A stretch of 32,000 nt of DNA from the NCBI RefSeq assembly GCF_000091665.1, contig NC_000909.1, positions 964,603 through 996,602 of the forward strand, in the 5' to 3' direction. The notes below the pieces were generated by a model. The model searched no databases. It worked only from the letters and a program-made list of their open reading frames with translations, and was not told the DNA's origin. Source of the DNA: Methanocaldococcus jannaschii DSM 2661 (lineage in GTDB: Archaea; AGJL01; Methanococci; Methanococcales; Methanocaldococcaceae). A program made the position numbers and the translations under genes. Below, one piece after another: positions 1 to 9,991 of this stretch (its first letter is position 1; every line of letters starts with the position of its first letter).

Positions 1-5
1 TATTA

Positions 6-482
6 ATGGAGAAAATTAAAAAGAAAGAAGAGTTTGATGTAGGGAGGGTTTTTCCTATCTCTGCATCTATATCTATATTTATTTTAATTATTGGACTAAT
101 ATACTCATTAAGTTCTATTAATAAAACTTCATCAACACTTACAGAATTTATAGGAGAATTTTTATTGCACTTTGTGGATTCTTTAACACTTTCATTGTTG
201 ATTTTAATGGTTGGGAAATTTGTAGATACCATTATCAACTCAGAAAAAGACCTTTTAGAAATACTTAAAAAGTATTTTTTCTGTTTGATATGTATATTCA
301 TATCGAGAGAACTGATTATTTCTGGTGGGGAATACCTACTAAAAAAGATAAGCTTTATAATGTTTGTTATGTGTGTTATAATTTACATATCTATTGTTAT
401 TATTCTTTCAGTTATCCTATTTACAAAAAGTTCAAAAGAAGATAAATTCAAAAAATTAAAAAATAGCATCACAAAGGGCTAA
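6..482 (+). CDS. hypothetical multi-pass membrane protein
   Basis: 158-aa ORF with several hydrophobic segments, stops just before corA; no recognised family. Confidence 0.7.
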   Translation: MEKIKKKEEFDVGRVFPISASISIFILIIGLIYSLSSINKTSSTLTEFIGEFLLHFVDSLTLSLLILMVGKFVDTIINSEKDLLEILKKYFFCLICIFISRELIISGGEYLLKKISFIMFVMCVIIYISIVIILSVILFTKSSKEDKFKKLKNSITKG

Positions 483-483
483 T

Positions 484-1437
484 ATGATTACGGTAATTGC
501 TATAGCTAAAGATGGCAGTATTGTCGAGCCAAAACTTGATGAAATTAGCTTTGAAGATTATAGACTTATTTGGATTGATTGTTATGACCCAAAAGATGAA
601 GAGCTATATAAACTCTCTAAAAAAATTGGTATTTCTGTCTCTGATTTACAAATTGGTTTAGATGAGCAGGAAATTCCAAGGGTAGAGGAAGATGAGGACT
701 TTTACTTAATTATTTACAAAGCTCCATTATTTGAAGAGGATATTACAACAACATCCTTAGGTATCTATATTAAGAATAACCTCCTACTAACAATCCACTC
801 GGATAAAATAAAGGCTATTGGAAGATTGCATAAATTAATATCAACAAAAAAACCAAGAATTGTATTTGAAAGAGGAATTGGCTTTTTATTATACCATATA
901 TTAAATGAGATTACAAGGAGTTATTCAAGAATTTTAATGAATTTAGAAGATGAGTTGGAGGAGTTGGAGGATAAATTATTAGCTGGCTATGACAGAGAGG
1001 TTATGGAAAAAATTTTAGGATTAAGAAAAACTTTGGTTTATTTTCATAAATCTTTAATAGCTAATAGGGATGTCTTAGTTTTATTAAAGAGAAAGTATCT
1101 TCCAATAACCACAAAAGAAGACAGAGAGAACTTTGAAGACCTTTACTACGACACTTTACAGTTAATTGATATGTCAGCAACCTATAGAGAGGTTTTAACC
1201 TCAATGATGGATATAACCCTCTCATTAGAAAATATAAAGATGAACCAAATTATGAAAATCCTAACTATGGTTACGACAATTTTCGCTGTTCCCATGTGGA
1301 TTACTGGAATATACGGGATGAACTTCTCTTATTTACCTTTAGCAAACAACCCTCAAGGTTTTTGGCTTGTAATGGCTTTGATGGTTGTAATAATTATGAT
1401 ATTTGTCTATATATTTAGAAGGTCAGGATGGATTTAG
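484..1437 (+). CDS. corA: CorA-family Mg2+/Co2+ transporter
   Basis: 317 aa; C-terminal two TM helices with the signature GMNF (ITGIYGMNFSYLP). Confidence 0.95.
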   Translation: MITVIAIAKDGSIVEPKLDEISFEDYRLIWIDCYDPKDEELYKLSKKIGISVSDLQIGLDEQEIPRVEEDEDFYLIIYKAPLFEEDITTTSLGIYIKNNLLLTIHSDKIKAIGRLHKLISTKKPRIVFERGIGFLLYHILNEITRSYSRILMNLEDELEELEDKLLAGYDREVMEKILGLRKTLVYFHKSLIANRDVLVLLKRKYLPITTKEDRENFEDLYYDTLQLIDMSATYREVLTSMMDITLSLENIKMNQIMKILTMVTTIFAVPMWITGIYGMNFSYLPLANNPQGFWLVMALMVVIIMIFVYIFRRSGWI

Positions 1438-1446
1438 AGGGAGAAA

Positions 1447-1710
1447 ATGATTATATGGCCATCTTATATAGATAAAAAGAAAAGTAGGAGAGAAGGAAGA
1501 AAAGTTCCAGAAGAGTTAGCTATAGAAAAGCCATCTTTAAAGGATATTGAAAAGGCATTAAAAAAACTTGGCTTAGAACCAAAGATTTATAGGGATAAAA
1601 GATACCCAAGACAACATTGGGAGATATGTGGATGTGTAGAGGTTGATTATAAAGGAAATAAACTGCAGTTACTAAAAGAGATTTGCAAAATAATAAAAGG
1701 AAAAAATTAA
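1447..1710 (+). CDS. srp19: signal recognition particle 19 kDa protein
   Basis: 87 aa, MIIWPSYIDKKKSRREGRKVP...YPRQHWE typical of archaeal SRP19. Confidence 0.93.
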   Translation: MIIWPSYIDKKKSRREGRKVPEELAIEKPSLKDIEKALKKLGLEPKIYRDKRYPRQHWEICGCVEVDYKGNKLQLLKEICKIIKGKN

Positions 1711-1732
1711 AATAGAATTAAAAAGGATTAAT

Positions 1733-2566
1733 TTATTCTGGTTTCTCCATTAATGCTTTTTTGCTCAATCTCTTTCCTTCTGGGTGATGTGGTTTTCTAC
1801 TAACAGCATCCATTGCTTTTTCTAACTCTCTTGCTTCATCTACCAACTTAGCGGCATATCTAATCATTTCATGAGCAGAGGCAACGATTGGGATATATTT
1901 CTCTGCCTCTTTTGTCATGAAACAACCTTTAACATCAACATCTCCAACCTTCTCAGCAATTGTAAATGCAGCCATGGCCTTTGCCTTTGCGTAAGGGTTT
2001 GTGAATTCCATAGCTTCAACTGCCTTCTGTTCTGTAATAACAATCTTTGGTAATTCTATTTCTTTGCCCTCTTTAACTGCGTCAATCATCTTATCAATTG
2101 CCTCTTGAACGATTCTTAAAGCTCCAGTTCCAGCTAAAACCCTTATAACATCTGCATTGAATAATGCCATTTCAACAGGGTCTAAAAACTCCCTTCTTGC
2201 ACCAATCATTGGGTCACATTTTATAATTATGTATCCTAAACCTTGCTGTTCCATCTCATCCTTAACTCTTAATCCTGGAGCGTCTCCAATAATCACTGCA
2301 GGAATTCCACTTTGACTTAAAATTTCTCTTGCCTTCTTAGGCCCTGGAGCGGCTGGATTTGGACCTATGTAGATGATGAAGTCTGGCTTAACTTCCTCAA
2401 CCATCTTCTTTGTTACCTCTTCAACTGATTCTGGGTCCATCTTTGCCCCACTACCTAAGACTCTAACTGCTATATCCTTTCTATCTGCTCTCTCATCTAA
2501 TGCTAAATCAACAACTGGGGACATTCCTATGTTACCACACTTTATTATTCCTATTTTTACGACCAA
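1733..2566 (-). CDS. mtd: F420-dependent methylenetetrahydromethanopterin dehydrogenase
   Basis: 277 aa; MVVKIGIIKCGNIGMSPVVDLALDERADR...GSGAKMDPE is characteristic of Mtd. Confidence 0.95.
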   Translation of the reverse strand: MVVKIGIIKCGNIGMSPVVDLALDERADRKDIAVRVLGSGAKMDPESVEEVTKKMVEEVKPDFIIYIGPNPAAPGPKKAREILSQSGIPAVIIGDAPGLRVKDEMEQQGLGYIIIKCDPMIGARREFLDPVEMALFNADVIRVLAGTGALRIVQEAIDKMIDAVKEGKEIELPKIVITEQKAVEAMEFTNPYAKAKAMAAFTIAEKVGDVDVKGCFMTKEAEKYIPIVASAHEMIRYAAKLVDEARELEKAMDAVSRKPHHPEGKRLSKKALMEKPE

Positions 2567-2974
2567 GTTATCACCTTTTTTATTACTTAATAGGGATATT
2601 AGTATTATCCAAGCTTATCCAATAAATATCTTACTACTTATTTGGAATATTCACCTGATATATAATATCTTTAGATTTTGTTATTAAAAAATAATAACTA
2701 TTATTTTTATTTAAGTTATATATTAGAAAATCTAATAACTATAAATGACTATAAATATGAGAATAGTCAGAAATTAACATTAATAACCAAAGTTTTAGCT
2801 TTTGTATAATTGCTTCATGGGCATAAATGAGTTAGGGCTATATTCTACAAATATTAATTAATTATACAATTTGAATTTTTAAATTAACAAAAATAAAATA
2901 ATGTGAATGATATTAACGTTTAAATCCGGTTTTTGTTGGAATATTATTAATATAAGATAAAATATAAAATTTAG

Positions 2975-3676
2975 GTGTCAAACATGGTTGAGGTTCCAAT
3001 ATTTATTGCAATTCTAAGCTTTATTGTCATGTGTATTGGCGAGCTTTTAGCTTACTACTCAGTATCTTTAAAATATAAATATGAATTTGAGGCAATTTCC
3101 TTTGGATTTATATTTGGAGTGGCAACTCTAATATTAATTCCAAAATCATACTCCAACATGTTTGTGTTATATGTAATTTTGGGGATGATTACAGTCTATC
3201 TTATTGAAAAATATTTAGCATACTGCCCATTATCAAAAAAATATTGTGTAGAGTGTGACAACTTAGAAGAAAATAGGATTAAGTTTATTTATCCAATATC
3301 CTTCTTTATCCACACATTTATAGATGGGTTGATAATTGCTGTATCATATATAAGTGAGATAGGGCTTCCTTTGTATCTTGCTATATTGATGCATAAACTC
3401 CCAGCTGGATTTGTTTTGATATCTCCACTAAAAGGTGTCTATAAGAATCCTCTCTATCCAGGGGTTTTTGTGTCATTTGGAACAGTCCTTGGCACTATAG
3501 TTGGATTGGTGACTTTAAAGGATGTATCTACAAAGATACTGTTGGCATTCTCTGGAGGGGTGTTTTTAGGAGCGTTTCTTATGCTTGCTCCTCATATCTA
3601 TGAGCATAAAGAGGAAAAAACGTTCTTATATATTCTATTGGGCTATATATTGGTTGGAATCATTGCATTGCATTAA
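2975..3676 (+). CDS. ZIP-family metal transporter (predicted)
   Basis: 233 aa membrane protein with HTFIDGLIIAV and MHKLPAGFVL, matching the ZIP TM4/TM5 metal-binding motifs. Confidence 0.75.
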   Translation: MSNMVEVPIFIAILSFIVMCIGELLAYYSVSLKYKYEFEAISFGFIFGVATLILIPKSYSNMFVLYVILGMITVYLIEKYLAYCPLSKKYCVECDNLEENRIKFIYPISFFIHTFIDGLIIAVSYISEIGLPLYLAILMHKLPAGFVLISPLKGVYKNPLYPGVFVSFGTVLGTIVGLVTLKDVSTKILLAFSGGVFLGAFLMLAPHIYEHKEEKTFLYILLGYILVGIIALH

Positions 3677-3738
3677 GTTCAAAACGTATAAGTATTACTA
3701 CCAAATACTATTTCAGAAGCTAAAATTATCTTTTTGGG

Positions 3739-4953
3739 GTGTCCATCTTGAAGAAATACAAAGACATGTATCCAGATGAAAATGGAAAGTTTGGCATTTA
3801 CGGAGGTAAATTTGTTCCAGAAACATTGATGCCAGCCATAGCTGAATTGGAAGAAGCATTTAAGAGATTTTGGATAAACAATGAAGGAAACTTTAGAGAA
3901 GAGTTCTATGCTTTATTGAGGGATTACGTTGGAAGACCAACACCATTATATTATGCTGAGAGATTGAGTGAAGAACTTGGTTGTAAAGTTTATTTAAAGA
4001 GAGAAGATTTAGCACACTTAGGAGCTCATAAAATAAACAACGCCTTAGGACAAGCTTTGTTAGCTAAAAAGATGGGTAAAAAGAGAGTTATAGCTGAAAC
4101 TGGAGCTGGACAGCATGGAGTTGCTACTGCAGCAGCATGTGCAAAGCTTGGATTAGAATGCATAATATACATGGGAGCTAAAGACGTTGAAAGGCAAAAA
4201 TTAAATGTTTTTAGGATGGAGTTGATGGGAGCTAAGGTTATTCCAGTATTTGGAGGCTCACAGACATTAAAAGATGCTGTAAATGAAGCTTTGAGAGATT
4301 GGACAACCAACGTTAGAACTACCTACTATTTGCTTGGTTCTGCCTTAGGACCTCATCCATACCCAATGATGGTTAGAGAATTCCAAAGAGTTATTGGTAA
4401 AGAACTTAAAGAGCAGATATTAGAAAAAGAGGGAAGATTGCCAGATGTTATCGTTGCATGTGTTGGAGGAGGAAGTAATGCAATAGGGGCATTTTATGAG
4501 TTTTTGGATGATGACGTAGAGCTTTACGCTGTTGAGGCTGGAGGTAAAGGGATAGAAACTGGAATGCATGGAGCTTCATTATGTGCTGGAGAGGTTGGAG
4601 TTTTGCATGGAGCTAAGATTTATGTTAAAGAGGATGAGTTTGGGCAGATAGAAGAAAGTTACAGTATTTCAGCAGGTTTAGATTATCCTGGAGTAGGACC
4701 TGAGCTTTCATTTTTAAAGGATGAGGGAAGGATTAAAGCAGTTTGTGTAACTGATGACGAAGCTTTAGAGGCATTTCAATTGCTATGTAGGTTAGAAGGT
4801 ATTTTACCAGCATTGGAAAGTTCTCATGCCTTAGCTTATGCTGTTAAATTGGCTGATAAATTAGATAAAGATGATATAATGGTTATTAATTTGTCTGGAA
4901 GAGGGGATAAGGACGTTCAGACTGTTGCTAAGGCATTGGGAAGGGAGATTTAA
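3739..4953 (+). CDS. trpB: tryptophan synthase beta chain
   Basis: 404 aa; [33 protein letters not shown]-lysine region and VGGGSNAIG. Confidence 0.97.
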   Translation: MSILKKYKDMYPDENGKFGIYGGKFVPETLMPAIAELEEAFKRFWINNEGNFREEFYALLRDYVGRPTPLYYAERLSEELGCKVYLKREDLAHLGAHKINNALGQALLAKKMGKKRVIAETGAGQHGVATAAACAKLGLECIIYMGAKDVERQKLNVFRMELMGAKVIPVFGGSQTLKDAVNEALRDWTTNVRTTYYLLGSALGPHPYPMMVREFQRVIGKELKEQILEKEGRLPDVIVACVGGGSNAIGAFYEFLDDDVELYAVEAGGKGIETGMHGASLCAGEVGVLHGAKIYVKEDEFGQIEESYSISAGLDYPGVGPELSFLKDEGRIKAVCVTDDEALEAFQLLCRLEGILPALESSHALAYAVKLADKLDKDDIMVINLSGRGDKDVQTVAKALGREI

Positions 4954-4987
4954 AGACATATTCGATTACTTGAGACAATCTTAAGAG

Positions 4988-5017
4988 ACATTAAAGGGAC
5001 TAAAAGCCCTTTAATGT
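4988..5017. repeat. perfect 11-bp hairpin between trpB and trpA
   Basis: ACATTAAAGGG (4988-4998) actaaaag CCCTTTAATGT (5007-5017). Confidence 0.7.
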
Positions 5018-5085
5018 ATCCGTTCTGGTCAAGACACCATAGGACTTCGCCCTATTGGGATACCCATTTAAATTAAGATTTTGAT

Positions 5086-5106
5086 CAACCTTTTCTAAAA
5101 AGGTTG
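5086..5106. repeat. perfect 9-bp hairpin upstream of trpA
   Basis: CAACCTTTT cta AAAAGGTTG. Confidence 0.65.
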
Positions 5107-5144
5107 TTCGGGCAGCTTTTACTAAAAAGTTGGAGTGGATGATT

Positions 5145-5984
5145 ATGAAATTAGCAGAAAAATTTGAAGAGTTAAAAAACAAAGGAGAAAAGGCATTTGT
5201 TGCATTTTATGTGGGAGGAGACCCAAACTTGGAAATTTCAGAAAAGGCATTAGAAGTTATTTGTAAGCATGCTGATATTGTTGAGATAGGTATTCCATTT
5301 TCTGACCCTGTTGCAGATGGAATTACAATACAAAAAGCAGATGTTAGAGCTTTAAACAGTGGCATGAATCCATTGAAGGCATTTGAGTTGGCTAAAAAAT
5401 TGAATGAAAAAGCTCCAAATGTTCCAAAGGTGTTCTTAACCTACTATAACATAATATTTAAGATGGGAGAGGAGGAGTTCGTTAAAAAATGTAAAGAGGC
5501 TGGAGTTTCTGGGATTATAGTTCCAGATTTGCCAATTGAAGAGGCTGATAGCTTATACAATTACTGTAAAAAGTATGGAGTTGATTTAATATTTTTAGTT
5601 GCCCCAACAACACCTGATGAAAGGTTAAAGAAAATTTTAGAAAAGTGTAGTGGGTTTGTTTATGTTGTTTCTGTAACTGGGATTACTGGAGCGAGAGAGA
5701 AAGTAGCTGAAGAGACGAAAGAGTTAATTAAGAGAGTTAAAAAGTTTTCAAAAATCCCTGCCTGTGTAGGGTTTGGAATCTCAAAGAGGGAGCATGTTGA
5801 GGAAATAACTGAAATAGCTGATGGAGCTATTGTAGGAAGTGCGATTGTTAAGATTGTTGAAAAACATTTAGATGAGAATGGACAAATAAAGGATGAGGAA
5901 AAATTCCTAAAGGAGTTGGAGGAGTTTGTTAAAAATCTAAAGGAAGGGACTAAAAAGAAGGCTAAAGTAGCTATAAAAAATTAA
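5145..5984 (+). CDS. trpA: tryptophan synthase alpha chain
   Basis: ORF 5130-5984; VEIGIPFSDPVADGITIQ, VVSVTGITGAR, CVGFGIS motifs; ATG at 5145 preferred (SD-like ggagtgg at about 5132). Confidence 0.95.
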   Translation: MKLAEKFEELKNKGEKAFVAFYVGGDPNLEISEKALEVICKHADIVEIGIPFSDPVADGITIQKADVRALNSGMNPLKAFELAKKLNEKAPNVPKVFLTYYNIIFKMGEEEFVKKCKEAGVSGIIVPDLPIEEADSLYNYCKKYGVDLIFLVAPTTPDERLKKILEKCSGFVYVVSVTGITGAREKVAEETKELIKRVKKFSKIPACVGFGISKREHVEEITEIADGAIVGSAIVKIVEKHLDENGQIKDEEKFLKELEEFVKNLKEGTKKKAKVAIKN

Positions 5985-6158
5985 CAGAATATTCAAATAA
6001 AGAAATATTTTTATAGGACAATAAAAGTAAAAAATAAATATGAGAAAAAAATATTTGTAAGGATGCATCACATTTATTACATCATTACCTTGAGTCTCTC
6101 TTTTAACCTAATTTTTGTCATTAATTATATTTAAACAAAATGGTAGGGAGGAGTAACC

Positions 6159-6395
6159 TTGAAGGTCACAGACCACATACTGGTTCCAAAGCATGAAATA
6201 GTTCCAAAAGAAGAAGTTGAGGAGATTTTGAAGAGATACAATATAAAGATTCAGCAACTACCAAAAATTTATGAAGACGACCCTGTTATTCAGGAAATTG
6301 GAGCTAAAGAAGGAGATGTTGTTAGAGTAATTAGAAAAAGTCCAACGGCTGGAGTTAGTATAGCTTATAGATTAGTTATTAAAAGGATTATTTAA
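6159..6395 (+). CDS. rpoH: DNA-directed RNA polymerase subunit H
   Basis: 78 aa; HILVPKHEIVP...GDVVRVIRKSPTAG...YRLVI, immediately upstream of rpoB''; gtaggaggag SD. Confidence 0.95.
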   Translation: MKVTDHILVPKHEIVPKEEVEEILKRYNIKIQQLPKIYEDDPVIQEIGAKEGDVVRVIRKSPTAGVSIAYRLVIKRII

Positions 6396-6402
6396 AAAAT
6401 AG

Positions 6403-7899
6403 GTGGCAATTATGAGAGAATTAGTAGATGCTTATTTTAAAGAACATGGTTTAATAGACCACCAGATAGAGTCATACAACGATTTTGTAGAAAATAGATT
6501 ACAAAAAATTATTGATGAAGTTGGATATATTGAAACAGAGATTACTGGAGGGTATAAAGTTAAATTAGGGAAAATTAAAGTAGGAAAACCAGTTATTAAA
6601 GAAGCTGATGGTTCAATAAGACCAATAACTCCAATGGAAGCAAGAATCAGAGATTTAACATATTCAGTTCCATTATATTTAGAAATGACCCCTATTATTG
6701 GTGAAGGAGAAGATGCAAGGGAAGGGGAAACTGTTGAAGTTTATATCGGAGAACTTCCAGTAATGCTTGGTTCAAAAATCTGCCACTTGTATGGAAAATC
6801 AAGAGAAGAGCTTATAGACCTGGGAGAAGACCCTGAAGACCCATTTGGCTATTTTATAATTAATGGAACTGAAAAAGTATTAATTACTCAGGAAGATTTA
6901 ATTCCAAATAGAATTTTATGTGAGAAGGCAGAGAGAAGTGGAAAGATAGTAGATGTTGCAAAAGTGTTTTCAACAAGACACGGATTTAGGGCTTTATGTA
7001 CTGTTGAAAGACATCCAGATGGTTTGTTGTATGCTACATTCCCTGGAATGCCTGGGCAGATACCATTGGTTATATTAATGAAAGCACTTGGGGCTGAGAC
7101 AGATAAAGATATCATTGAGTCAATTGATGATGAAAGATTCTTTATGGAGATTGTTTTAAACATTCAAGAGATTAGGGAAGAGCATAACATAAACTCCCCT
7201 GAAGATGCTTTGGAGTTTATTGGAAAGAGAGTAGCTCCAGGGCAGGCAAAGGATTATAGATTAAAGAGAGCAGAAACAGTTTTATGTAACTATTTACTGC
7301 CCCATTTAGGAGTTACAAAAGAAGATTTCCCAAAGAAAATTAGGTTCTTAGGAATAATGGCAAGAAACGCTTTAGAACTTTACTTTGGATATAGAGGAGA
7401 AGATGATAAAGACCACTACGCATATAAAAGAGCTAAATTAGCTGGGGACTTAATGGAAGATTTGTTTAGATATGCGTTTAGCCAACTTGTTAAGGATATA
7501 AAATATCAATTAGAGAGACAAACATTAAGGAACAAAACTCCTTCAATTCAAGCTGCTGTAAGGAGCGATATATTAACCGAGAGAATTAAACACGCTATGG
7601 CAACAGGAACATGGGTTGGAGGAAAAACTGGGGTTAGCCAGCTCTTAGATAGAACAAGTTACTTAGCAACAAACTCTCAATTGAGGAGAATAGTTTCACC
7701 ATTATCAAGGTCACAGCCACACTTTGAAGCGAGAGAACTGCATGGAACTCATTGGGGTAAAATCTGCCCTTCAGAAACTCCAGAAGGTCCAAACTGTGGT
7801 CTTGTTAAAAACTTTGCTATAATGTGTAAAGTTACAAGAGAAGAAGATGATAGCAAAGTTATTGAGCTATTAAAATCCTTTGGAATAAATGTTTCTTAA
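6403..7899 (+). CDS. rpoB2: DNA-directed RNA polymerase subunit B'' (N-terminal part of beta)
   Basis: 498 aa; GYFIINGTEKVLITQEDL, HWGKICPSETPEGPNCGLVKN. Confidence 0.97.
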   Translation: MAIMRELVDAYFKEHGLIDHQIESYNDFVENRLQKIIDEVGYIETEITGGYKVKLGKIKVGKPVIKEADGSIRPITPMEARIRDLTYSVPLYLEMTPIIGEGEDAREGETVEVYIGELPVMLGSKICHLYGKSREELIDLGEDPEDPFGYFIINGTEKVLITQEDLIPNRILCEKAERSGKIVDVAKVFSTRHGFRALCTVERHPDGLLYATFPGMPGQIPLVILMKALGAETDKDIIESIDDERFFMEIVLNIQEIREEHNINSPEDALEFIGKRVAPGQAKDYRLKRAETVLCNYLLPHLGVTKEDFPKKIRFLGIMARNALELYFGYRGEDDKDHYAYKRAKLAGDLMEDLFRYAFSQLVKDIKYQLERQTLRNKTPSIQAAVRSDILTERIKHAMATGTWVGGKTGVSQLLDRTSYLATNSQLRRIVSPLSRSQPHFEARELHGTHWGKICPSETPEGPNCGLVKNFAIMCKVTREEDDSKVIELLKSFGINVS

Positions 7900-7984
7900 A
7901 AGAAACTTTATTTATTATGTTTTTTCTGAGTTTTTGTTGATGTTTAATTTTAATCTTTTCAAAATCAATAAAAATCTCTCTTAG

Positions 7985-9895
7985 GTGAAAAACTTGGCAT
8001 CAAGGGAAGTAAATATTTATGTTAATGGAAAGTTAGTTGGAACTACAGACAAACCAGAAGAACTTGTTAATTTTATTAGGGAAAAAAGAAGAAAAGGAGA
8101 GCTCCCTCAATATACAACAGTTGCTTACAATGAAGAAAGTAATGACATTCATATAAACACGGATGCTGGAAGGATTGTTAGACCTTTAATAGTTGTAGAA
8201 AATGGAAAACCAAAACTAACTAAAGAACATATTGAAAAATTAAAGAAAGGAGAAATTACATTCTCAGATTTAGTTAAAGAAGGAGTTATTGAATATTTAG
8301 ACGCTGAAGAGGAAGAAAATGCCTATATTGCTCTATCTGAAGAAGAATTGACTGAGAAACACACACACTTAGAGATAGACCCATTAACCATATTAGGTAT
8401 TGGGGCAGGGGTTGCTCCTTATCCAGAACACAACTCAGCACCAAGAATTACAATGGCTGCAGCAATGGGGAAGCAGTCATTAGGAATTCCAATGAGCAAT
8501 ATAAAATGGAGATTAGATACAAGAGGGCATTATCTCCACTATCCACAAGTTCCAATTGTTAGGACAAAACACCAAGAGATTTTAGGTTTCGATAAAAGAC
8601 CAGCAGGGCAGAACTTCGTTGTAGCTATTATGAGCTATGAAGGATACAACATGGAGGATGCTATAGTCTTTAACAAATCAGCAATTGATAGAGGTTTGGG
8701 AAGAAGCACCTTCTTCAGAACTTACGATGCGTGTGAGAGAAGATACCCAGGAGGACAGATGGATAGGTTTGAGATTCCTGATAAAGGAGTAAGGGGTTAT
8801 AGGTCAGAGGAGTGTTATAGATACTTAGAAGAGGATGGAATAGTTGCAGTTGAGTCCCATGTAAAAGGTGGAGATGTAATTGTTGGTAAAACCTCTCCAC
8901 CAAGATTCTTAGAGGAGCATGAGATAACAATTCAAGTTAAACCACAGAGAAGAGATTCATCAGTTGTTGTAAGACATGGGGAAGAAGGTTATATAGATAA
9001 AGTTATATTAACTGAAACAAAGGAAGGAAACAGGTTAGTTAAGGTTAAAGTTAGAGATTTGAGAATTCCAGAGCTTGGAGATAAATTTGCTTCAAGACAT
9101 GGACAGAAAGGAGTTATGGGACTTACAGTTCCACAGGAGGATTTACCTTTCACTGAGAGTGGAATAGTTCCTGATATCATAATCAACCCACACGCAATTC
9201 CATCAAGAATGACTGTTGGGCAGTTATTGGAGATGCTTGGGGGTAAAGTAGGAGCTTTAGAAGGAAGAAGAATAGACGGAACAATATTTAGCGGAGAAAA
9301 AGAATGGGATTTAAGAAAGGCTTTAGAGGCTTTAGGATTCAAGCATCACGGTAAAGAGGTCATGTATGATGGAAAAACTGGAAAGAAGTTTGAAGTAGAG
9401 ATTTACATTGGAATAGCATACTACCAGAAATTACACCACTTAGTAGCTGGAAAGATACATGCAAGAAGTAGAGGACCTGTCCAAGTGCTAACAAGACAGC
9501 CAACAGAAGGTAGGGCAAGAGAGGGAGGTCTAAGGTTTGGAGAGATGGAGAGGGATGTTTTAATTGGGCATGGTGCAGCTATGCTATTAAAAGAGAGGCT
9601 TATGGATGAATCAGACCCATATGATATCTGTATATGTTCAAAATGTGGAGACTTTGCCATATTAGACTACAAGAGAGGGCTAAAATACTGTCCAATTTGT
9701 GGAGAGATTGAAAACCTCTACAGCTCTAAGAAGATACCATTCGTTAGAATACCTTACGCATTCAAGCTTTTATTAGATGAGTTGAAGAGTATGTGTATCT
9801 TGCCAAGAATTAAGGTTAGAGATAAGGTTGAATTAGAGGATTTTGAGGAGTTTGTTGAAAAATTGGAGAAAGAAAAAGTTAAACAGAAACAATAA
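7985..9895 (+). CDS. rpoB1: DNA-directed RNA polymerase subunit B' (C-terminal part of beta)
   Basis: 636 aa, GTG start; [44 protein letters not shown]. Confidence 0.97.
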   Translation: MKNLASREVNIYVNGKLVGTTDKPEELVNFIREKRRKGELPQYTTVAYNEESNDIHINTDAGRIVRPLIVVENGKPKLTKEHIEKLKKGEITFSDLVKEGVIEYLDAEEEENAYIALSEEELTEKHTHLEIDPLTILGIGAGVAPYPEHNSAPRITMAAAMGKQSLGIPMSNIKWRLDTRGHYLHYPQVPIVRTKHQEILGFDKRPAGQNFVVAIMSYEGYNMEDAIVFNKSAIDRGLGRSTFFRTYDACERRYPGGQMDRFEIPDKGVRGYRSEECYRYLEEDGIVAVESHVKGGDVIVGKTSPPRFLEEHEITIQVKPQRRDSSVVVRHGEEGYIDKVILTETKEGNRLVKVKVRDLRIPELGDKFASRHGQKGVMGLTVPQEDLPFTESGIVPDIIINPHAIPSRMTVGQLLEMLGGKVGALEGRRIDGTIFSGEKEWDLRKALEALGFKHHGKEVMYDGKTGKKFEVEIYIGIAYYQKLHHLVAGKIHARSRGPVQVLTRQPTEGRAREGGLRFGEMERDVLIGHGAAMLLKERLMDESDPYDICICSKCGDFAILDYKRGLKYCPICGEIENLYSSKKIPFVRIPYAFKLLLDELKSMCILPRIKVRDKVELEDFEEFVEKLEKEKVKQKQ

Positions 9896-9991
9896 AGAGA
9901 AACATTAAAAGACCTTGCTTAACCTTAATCTTGCCTTATTACAATATTTTTAGAAAAATAAAAAGTAAAAATAAAAGCAAATCCTTAATCT

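Noticed and set aside
1871-2687. Plus-strand ORFs 1871-2053 and 2373-2687 opposite mtd
   Set aside because: Shadow ORFs antisense to a strongly supported gene; Cys/Leu/Ser-rich composition with no domain signal.
3585-3779. ORF 3585-3779 overlapping the transporter end and trpB start
   Set aside because: Low-complexity overlap with two better-supported genes, and no distinct start signal.
4026-5182. Minus-strand ORFs 4026-4310 and 5000-5182
   Set aside because: The first is antisense to trpB; the second covers the structured trpB-trpA spacer and has no homology-like features.
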